DNA of 20,000 nt from Raillietiella orientalis. Lineage: Eukaryota. Of the stretch, positions 12,165 through 20,000 are shown in pieces. The notes below the pieces were generated by a model. That model searched no databases. It was not told the DNA's origin and saw only the letters and a program-made list of their open reading frames with translations. Position 1 is the first letter of the stretch. Each line of letters begins with the position of its first letter. The stretch is from positions 59,603 to 79,602 of the forward strand of contig JAYWIR010000131.1 of NCBI GenBank assembly GCA_036172245.1, written 5' to 3'. Position numbers and translations under genes: made by a program.

Positions 12165-13061
12165 GTCTATCTTTTCTATTTCCAATGTAGTGTTTTCCGT
12201 CCAAATCTGCCCACTTGCACTTAAACGAACATGGCCGGTTCCCGATAAATTCGGTCGCAATCCTGAGACATCAAAATGGTTGGAAGCAATCTACTTCCAC
12301 TTCCTGTATCCAAATAGAATCCTCTAAGTGCATCCGAAAAATTCCTCTATCTTTTCTATTTCCATTGTGGTGTTTTCCGTCCAAATCTCCGCACTTGCAC
12401 GTAAACGACCATGGCCGCTTCCCGATTAATTCGGTCGCAATCCTGAGACATCAAAATGGTTGGAAGCAATGTACTTCCACTTCCTGCATCCAAATAGAAT
12501 CTTCAAAGTGCATCCAAGAAATTGCTCTATCTTTTCTATTTCCAATGTGGTGTTTTCCGTCCAAATCTTCGCACTTGCACCTAAATGAACATGGCCGGTT
12601 CCCGATGAATTCGGTCGCAATCCCGAGACATGAAAATGGTTGTAATCAATCTACTTCCACTTCCAGCATAGAGATAGAATCTTCAAAGTGCATCAAACAA
12701 ATTCCTCTATCTTTTCTATTTCCAATGTGGTGTTTTCAGTCCAAATCTACGCACTTGCACCTAAACGAACATGGCCGGTTCCCGATGAATTCGGTCGCAA
12801 TCCTGAGACATCAAAATGGTTGGAAGCAATGTACTTCCACTTCCAGCATCCAAATAGAATCCTCTAAGTGCATCCGAAAAATTCCTCTATCTTTTCTATT
12901 TCCAATGTAGTGTTTTCCGTCCAAATCTCCGCACTTGCACCTAAACGACCATGACCGGTTGCCGATGAATTCGGTCGCAATCCTGAGACATGAAAATGGT
13001 TGGAAGCAATCTACTTCCACTTCCTGGATAGAAATAGTATCTTCAAAGTGCATCAAAAATC

Positions 13062-16000
13062 AGATCTCACCATTGCACTTTTGAGCCTCTTCAAGAAGCA
13101 TCCTTTTGCAGTGAGTAGCAAATTTTCGCCATTGAGAGCCGCAAGTCATTCCAAGTTTCTGCTTTCAGAGGATGATTAAGAAAAGTTCGAAATTTCATTA
13201 GGGCGTAGCACCTTGGACTCTATCTTGTTTTCATGGTAACCAGTGTCGGACTTACAAGGGGAATGTTGTCGTTCGCTCCCATTTATTACGCGGTCCAACT
13301 TTGCAGCTTTTGGGGATTTGAAAGAAATTAGAAAACGGAAGATTTCACCATTGCACTTTTGAGCCTCTTCAAGAAGCATTCTTTTGCAGTGAGAAGCAAA
13401 TTCCCGTCATGGAGTGCCGCAAGCCCTTCCAATTTTCTGCTTTCAGAGTATGATTAAGAAGAGTTCGAAATTTCATTTGGACGTGGCACTTTGCACTCTG
13501 TCTTGTTTTCATGGTAACCAGTGTCGGACTTACAAAGGGAATATTCTCCTTCGCTCTCATTCATTATGCGGTCCAACTTTGCAGCTTTTGGGGATTTGAA
13601 AGAAATTAGAAAACAGAAGATTTCACCATTGCCCTTTTGCGCCTCAGCACGAAGCATCCTTTTGCAGTGAGTGGCAAATTCCCGTCATGGAGTGCCGCAA
13701 GCCCTTCCAATTTTCTGCTTTCAGAGTATGATTAAGAAGAGTTCGAAATTTAATTAGGGAGCGGCACTTTGGACTCTGTCTTGTTTTCATGGTAACCAGT
13801 GTCGGACTTACAAAGGGAATATTATCCTTCGCTCTCATTCATAATGCGGTCCAACTTTGCAGCTTTTGGGGATTTGTAATCAGTATGAAAACAGAAGATT
13901 TCACCATTGCCCTTTTGCGCCTCAGCACGAAGCATCCTTTTGCAGTGAGTGGCAAATTCCCGTCATGGAGTGCCGCAAGCCCTTCCAATTTTCTGCTTTC
14001 AGAGGATGATTAACAAGAGTTCGAAATTTCATTAGGGAGCGGCACTTTGGACTCTGTCTTGTTTTCATGGTAACCAGTGTCGGACTTACAAAGGGAATAT
14101 TCTCCTTAGCTCTCATTCATTATGCGGTCCAACTTTGCAGCTTTTGGGGATTTCAAAGAAATTAGAAAACAGAAGATTTCTCCATTGCACTTTTGAGCCT
14201 CTTCAAGAAGCATCCTTTTGCAGTAAGTAGCAAATTCCCGTCATGGAGTGCCGCAAGCCCTTCCAATTTCTGTTTTCAGAGGATGATTAAAAAAAGTTCG
14301 AAATTTCATTTGGGCGTTGCACTTTTACTCTGTTTTGTTTTCATGGTAACCAGTGGCGGACTTACAAGGGGAATACTCTCCTTCGCTCTCCTTTATTATG
14401 CGGTCCAACTTTGCAGCTTTTGGGGATTTGTAATCAGTTAGAATACAGAAGATTTCACCGTTGCCCTTTTGCGCCTCAGCACGAAGCATCCTTTTGCAGT
14501 GAGTGGCAAATCCCCTTTATGGAGAGCCGAAAGCCATTCCAATTTCTGCTTTCAGAGGATGATTAACAAGAGTTCGAAATTTCATTAGGGCGTGGCACTT
14601 TGGACTCTGTCTTGTTTTCATGGTAACCAGTGTCGGACTTACAAAGGGAATATTCTCCTTCGATCTCATTCATTAAGTGGTCCAACTTTGCAGGTTTTGC
14701 GGATCTGTAAGAAATTAGAAAACAAAAGATTTCACCATTGCCCTTTTGCGCCTCAGCACGAAGCATCCTTTTGCAGTGAGTGGCAAAGTCCCTTTATGGA
14801 GAGCCGAAAGCCATTCCAATTTCTGCTTTCAGAGGATGATTAACAAGAGTTTGAAATTTCATTAGGGCGTGGCACTTTGCACTCATTCTTGTTTTCATAG
14901 TAACCAGTGTCGGACTTACAAGGGGAATATTCTCCTTCGCTCCCATTCATTATGTGGTCCAACTTTGCAGCTTTTCTGGATTTGTACACAATTAGAAAAC
15001 AGAAGATTTCACCATTGCACTTTTGCGCCTCTTCAAGAAGCATCCTTTTGCAGTGAGTGGCAAATTCCCTTTATGGAGAGCCGAAAGCCATTCCAATTTC
15101 TGCTTTCAGAGGATGATTAACAAGAGTTCGAAATTTCATTAGGGCGTGGCACTTTGCACTCTGTCTTGTTTTCATAGTAACCAGTGTCGGACTTAGAAGG
15201 GGAATATTCTCCTTCGCTCCCATTCATTATGTGGTCCAACTTTGCAGCTTTTCGGGATTTGTAAACAATTAGAAAACAGAAGATTTCACCATTGCCCTTT
15301 TGCGCATCAGCACGAAGCATCCTTTTGCAGTAAGTGGCGAATCCCTTCCATGGAGAGCCGAATGCCCTTCCAATTTCTGCTTTCAGAGGATGAATAACAA
15401 GAGTTCGAAATTTCATTAGGGCGTGGCACTTTGGACTCTGTCTTGTTTTCATGGTAACCAGTAGGGGACTCAAAAGGTTAATGTTCTCCTTCGCTCTCAT
15501 TTATTATGTGGTCCAACTTTGCAGCTTTTGGGGATATGTAATCAGTTAGAAAACAGAAGATTTCACCATTGCACTTTTGCACCTCTTCACGAAGCATCCT
15601 TTTGCAGTGAGTGGCGAATCCCTTCCATGGACAGCCGAATGCCCTTCCAATTTCTGCTTTCAGAGGATGATTAACAAGAGTTCGAAATTTCATTAGGGCG
15701 TGGCACTTTGCTTTCTGTCTTGTTTTCATGGTAACCAGTGTCGGACTTACAAGGGGAATATTCTCCTTCGCTCTCATTCATTATGCGGTCCAACTTTGCA
15801 GCTTTTGGGGATTTGTAATCAGTTAGAAAACAGAAGATTTCACCATTGCCCTTTTGCGCCTCAGCACGAAGCATCCTTTTGCAGTGAGTGGCAAATCCCC
15901 TTTATGGAGAGCCGAAAGCCATTCCAATTTCTGCTTTCAGAGGATCATTAACAAGAGTTCAAAATTTCATTAGGGCGTGGCACTTTTACTCTGTTTTGTT

Positions 16001-19000
16001 TTCATGGTAACCAGTGGCGGACTTACAAGGGGAATATTCTCCTTCGCTCTCCTTTATTATGCGGTCCAACTTTGCAGCTTTTGGGGATTTGTAATCAGTT
16101 AGAATACAGAAGATTTCACCGTTGCCCTTTTGCGCCTCAGCACGAAGCATCCTTTTGCAGTGAGTGGCAAATCGCCTTTATGGAGAGCCGAAAGCCATTC
16201 CAATTTCTGCTTTCAGAGGATGATTAACAAGAGTTCGAAATTTCATTAGGGCGTGGCACTTTGCACTCTGTCTTGTTTTCATAGTAACCAGTGTCGGACT
16301 TACAAGGGGAATATTCTCCTTCGCTCCCATTCATTATGTGGTCCAACTTTGCAGCTTTTGGGGATTTGTATTCAATTAGAAAACTGAGGATTTCATTATT
16401 GCACTTTTGCACCTCTTCACGAAGCATCCTTTTGCAGTGAGTGGCAAATCCCTTTTATGGAGGGCCGAAAGCCCTAACAATTTCGGCTTTCAGAGGATGA
16501 TTAAGAAAAGTTCGAAATTTCATTAGAGCGTTGCACCTTGGACTCTGTTTTGTTTTCATGGTAACCAGTGTCGGACTTACAAGGGGAATATTCACCTTCG
16601 CTCTCACTGATTACGTGCTCCAACTTTGCAGCTTTTGCGGATATGTAAGAAATTAGAAAACAAAAGATTTCACCATTGCACTTTTGCACCTCTTCACGAA
16701 GCATCCTTTTGCAGTGAGTGGCGAATCCCATTCATGGAGAGCCGCGAGCCCTTCCAATCTCCGCTTTCAGAGGATGATTAAGAAGAGTTCGAAATTTAAT
16801 TAGGGCGTGGCACTTTGGACTCAGTCTTGTTTTCATGGTAACCAGTAGCGGACTCAAAAAATTAATATTCTCCTTCGCTCTCATTAATTATGCGGTCCAA
16901 CTTTGCAGCTTTTGGGGATTTGAAAGAAATTAGAAAACAAAATCTTTCACCATTGCACTTTTGCGCCTCTTCACGAAACATCCTTTTGCAGTGAGTGGCA
17001 AATCCTTTTCATGGAGAGCCGAAAGCCCTTCGAATTTCTGCTTTCAGAGGATGATTAAGAAGAGTTCGAAATTTCATTAGGGCGTCGCACTTTGGACTCT
17101 GTCTTGTTTTCATGGTAACCAGTGTCGGACTTACAAAGGGAATATTCACATTCGCTCTCATTCATTAAGTGGTCCAACTTTGCAGGTTTTGCGGATCTGT
17201 AAGAAATTAGAAAACAAAAGATTTCACCATTGCACTTTTGCGCCTCTTCACGAAGTTTCCTTTTGCAGTGAGTGGCAAATCCCTTCCATGGAGAGCCGAA
17301 GCCCTTCCAATCTCTGCTTTCAGAGGATGATTAAGAAGAGATCGAAATTTCATTAGGGCGTGGCACTTTGGACTCTGTCTCTTTTTCATGGTAACCAGTG
17401 GCGGACTTACCAGGGGAATATTCTCCTTCGCTCTCATTTATTATGCGGTCCAACTTTGCAGCTTTTGGGGATTTGTAATCAGTAAGAAAACAGAAGATTT
17501 CACCATTGCCCTTTTGCGCCTCAGCACGAAGCATCCTTTTGCAGTGAGTGGCAAATTCCCTTTATGGAGAGCCGAAAGCCATTCCAATTTCTGCTTTCAG
17601 AGGATGATTAACAAGAGTTCGAAATTTCATTAGGGCGGGGCACTTTGCACTCTTTCTTGTTTTCATAGTAACCAGTGTCGGACTTACAAGGGGAATATTC
17701 TCCTTCGCTCCCATTCATTATGTGGTCCAACTTTGCAGCTTTTCGGGATTTGTAAACAATTAGAAAACAGAAGATTTCACCATTGCCCTTTTGCGCATCA
17801 GCACGAAGCATCCTTTTGCAGTGAGTGGCAAATCCCCTTTATGGAGAGCCGAAAGCCATTCCAATTTCTGCTTTCAGAGGATCATTACCAAGAGTTCAAA
17901 ATTTCATCAGGGCGTGGAACTTTGCACTCTGTCTTGTTTTCATAGTAACCAGTGTCGGACTAACAAGGGGAATATTCTCCTTCGCTCCCATTCATTATGT
18001 GGTCCAACTTTGCAGCTTTTGGGGATTTGTATTCAATTAAAAAACTGAGGATTTCACCATTGCACTTTTGCACCTCTTCACGAAGCATCCTTTTGCAGTG
18101 AGTGGCAAATCCCTTTTATGGAGAGCCGAAAGCCCTAACAATTTCGGCTTTCAGAGGATGATTAAGAAAAGTTCGAAATTTCATTAGGGCGTGGCACTTT
18201 GGACTCTGTCTTGTTTTCATGGTAACCAGTGTCGGACTTACAAAGGGAATATTATCCTTCGCTCTCATTCATTATGCGGTCCAACTTTGCAGCTTTTCGG
18301 GATTTGTAAACAATTAGAAAACAGAAAATTTCACCATTGCCCTTTTGCGCGTCAGCACGAAGCATCCTTTTGCAGTGAGTGGAAAATCCCTTTTATGGAG
18401 AGCCGAAAGCCCTAACAATTTCGGCTTTCAGAGGATGATTAAGAAAAGTTCGAAATTTCATTAGGGCGTTGCACCGTGGACTCTGTTTTGTTTTCATGGT
18501 AACCAGTGTCGGACTTACAAGGGGAATATTCACCTTCGCTCTCACTGATTACGTGCTCCAACTTTGCAGCTTTTGCGGATATGTAAGAAATTAGAAAACA
18601 AAAGATTTCACCATTGCACTTTTGCACCTCTTCACGAAGCATCCTTTTGCAGTGAGTGGCAAATCCCATTCATGGAGAGCCGCAAGCCCTTCCAATCTCC
18701 GCTTTCAGAGGATGATTAAGAAGAGTTCGAAATTTCATTAGGGCGTGGCACTTTGGACTCTGTCTTGTTTTCATGGTAACCAGTAGCGGACTCAAAAGGT
18801 TAATATTCTCCTTCGCTCTCATTAATTATGCGGTCCAACTTTGCAGCTTTTGGGGATTTGAAAGAAATTAGAAAACAAAAGATTTCACCATTGCCCTTTT
18901 GCGCGTCAGCACGAAGCATTCTTTTGCAGTGAGTGGCAAATCCCTTTTATGGAGAGCCGAAAGCCCTAACAATTTCGGCTTTCAGAGGATGATTAAGAAG

Positions 19001-19329
19001 AGTTCGAAATTTCATTAGGGCGTGGCACTTTGGACTCTGTCTTGTTTTCATGGTAACCAGTAGCGGACTTACAAGGGGAATATTCACATTCGCTCTCATT
19101 GATTACGTGCTCCAACTTTGCAGCTTTTGCGGATATGTAAGAAATTAGAAAACAAAAGATTTCACCATTGCACTTTTGCACCTCTTCACGAAGCATCCTT
19201 TTGCAGTGAGTGGCGAATCCCTTTCATGGAGAGCCGAAAGCCCTTCCAATTTCTGCTTTCAGAGGATGATTAACAAGAGTTCGAAATTTCATTTGGGCGT
19301 GGCACTTTGCACTCTGTCTTGTTTTCATA
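13062..19329. repeat. Tandem satellite array B, 276-278-bp monomer, about 22.6 copies (both ends inside the window)
   Basis: The motif AGATTTC(A/T)CC recurs at 13062 (variant AGATCTCACC), 13340, 13618, 13896, 14174 and 14450, and then about every 277 bp. The conserved core includes TTTCAGAGGATGATTAA, GTTCGAAATTTCATT and GTAACCAGTGTCGGACTTAC. Similarity stops after TCTTGTTTTCATA at 19329. Confidence 0.98.
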
Positions 19330-20000
19330 TAAGGAATCTGTCTGTCCTCGGGGCTCAGATCGCACGCTCCGAGCCTTCGTACGTTGAAAGGCAAAATCTT
19401 TTTCATCAGAAGCATCGCTGCACCTTTTGTTCCCTCCGAAATCTGTTGATACTCGCATATGAGATATCCCTCTGGAAAAATCCCCCCCTCCCCTTCCCAT
19501 TTTTGAATCTTGAAGGAGCGTTGTTGAAGGGGGACTTGTCCGAGGCGTCATCTGTAAGATCTTTCGAATTCAGACAGTTCTTTAAAGTTGCCACATCCAG
19601 AAGCTGCAAAACCAGAACCAAGCAATATATGAGGCAAATATGTGGATGAAAAAGCGATGAATGCTCTCCATGGAAACTCTGGCAAGCGGAGAAGGGTCAC
19701 TCTCACTTGGACCTGCTGGCCAAGAATAAGAAAAAAAAAAAAGAACACTACAAAGCGTAAAGAAAACAGCAAGCAGCAGCACGCGTGCTGCTAAGGAAGG
19801 ATCATTTTAGATGCAATGGCCGTGTGTTGGTCTGCTTGACAGGCATCCTTGATCGAAATTCAAGTTTATCTTGCTCGTCGCTCTTGACAGGTTCCTCTTC
19901 CTTTTTTTTTTCTTTTTCTTTCTGTATCACTGGCGATGCCTAGCGCCGCTAGCAGCAACGAAACTAGCGACTTCAGCTACCACAGCAACTTAATTCCTCT
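19330..20000. other. Non-tandem flanking sequence of unknown function, with A/T tracts, a C-rich tract and a palindrome
   Basis: Periodicity is lost. The region has only short ORFs with no recognisable domain, an A12 tract at 19731-19742 and a T-rich tract at about 19892-19925. Confidence 0.8.
19775..19792. repeat. Perfect 18-bp palindrome AGCAGCACGCGTGCTGCT
   Basis: AGCAGCACG is followed immediately by its exact reverse complement CGTGCTGCT. Confidence 0.9.

Larger units (their letters stand above)
1..13059. repeat. Tandem satellite array A, 180-bp monomer, about 72.5 copies (truncated by the window start)
   Basis: The motif TTCCCGATGAATTCGGTCGCAATCCTGAGACATGAAAATGG recurs every 180 bp (1, 181, 361 ...). 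The register shifts by 1 bp only at about 5861 and about 11964. The last partial monomer ends at ...CTTCAAAGTGCATCAAAAA (13059). Confidence 0.98.

Noticed and set aside
7..13056. Other ORFs in array A (e.g. the 372-aa, 263-aa and 231-aa ORFs)
   Set aside because: They are the same 60-aa periodic frame, or other frames of the same repeat, broken at variant stops. They are artefacts of a monomer length divisible by 3.
1..13059. Arabidopsis CEN180 or primate alpha satellite; CENP-B box
   Set aside because: Only the length is similar. The sequence does not resemble those consensuses as I recall them, and I found no TTCG-N4-A-N2-CGGG motif on either strand.
13040..13340. Common ancestry of satellites A and B
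   Set aside because: Only short shared words are present (CATGAAAA, GCACTT(T)GCAC, TTCCAAT, CAAAGTGC), in mixed orientation and without collinearity.
13176..19196. Recurrent 61-127-aa ORFs in array B
   Set aside because: They recur once per monomer in several frames on both strands, are frequently disrupted, and show no recognisable domain.
1..19329. CRISPR array or other repeat-spacer system
   Set aside because: The units are homologous along their whole length, there are no unique spacers, and there are no cas-like genes.
19176..19782. ORFs in or overlapping the flank (157, 93, 74, 71, 66 and 63 aa)
   Set aside because: They are short and mutually overlapping, partly satellite-derived or low-complexity, and have no recognisable homology.
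19835..19891. 9-bp direct repeat CTTGACAGG as a target-site duplication or bacterial -35 box
   Set aside because: Only 39 bp lie between the copies, with no element features. The context is eukaryotic satellite and no gene is visible downstream.
19722..19920. A-rich and T-rich tracts as terminal inverted repeats of a MITE
   Set aside because: The complementarity is confined to low-complexity sequence, the arms are not centred on the palindrome, and no target-site duplication is evident.

Overview
This window is almost entirely eukaryotic-type satellite DNA, with no credible protein-coding gene. Positions 1-13059 are about 72.5 head-to-tail copies of a 180-bp monomer, and the array continues off the 5' edge. 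The monomers are mosaics of linked variants with local higher-order duplications: an 8-mer of 1440 bp, a 5-mer of 900 bp and a partial 7-mer. At about 13060 this array abuts, with essentially no spacer, a second satellite of about 22.6 copies of a 276-278-bp monomer (13062-19329). That array ends abruptly in about 670 bp of non-tandem sequence. Both monomers show traces of older internal sub-repeats (about 3x60 bp and about 134+143 bp), and the 277-bp monomer is rich in short dyad symmetries. The ORF track, including the 1378-aa ORF, is best explained as a by-product of repeat periodicity. I do not recognise either satellite as a named family and cannot assign the organism. A centromeric or pericentromeric location is plausible but is inference only.
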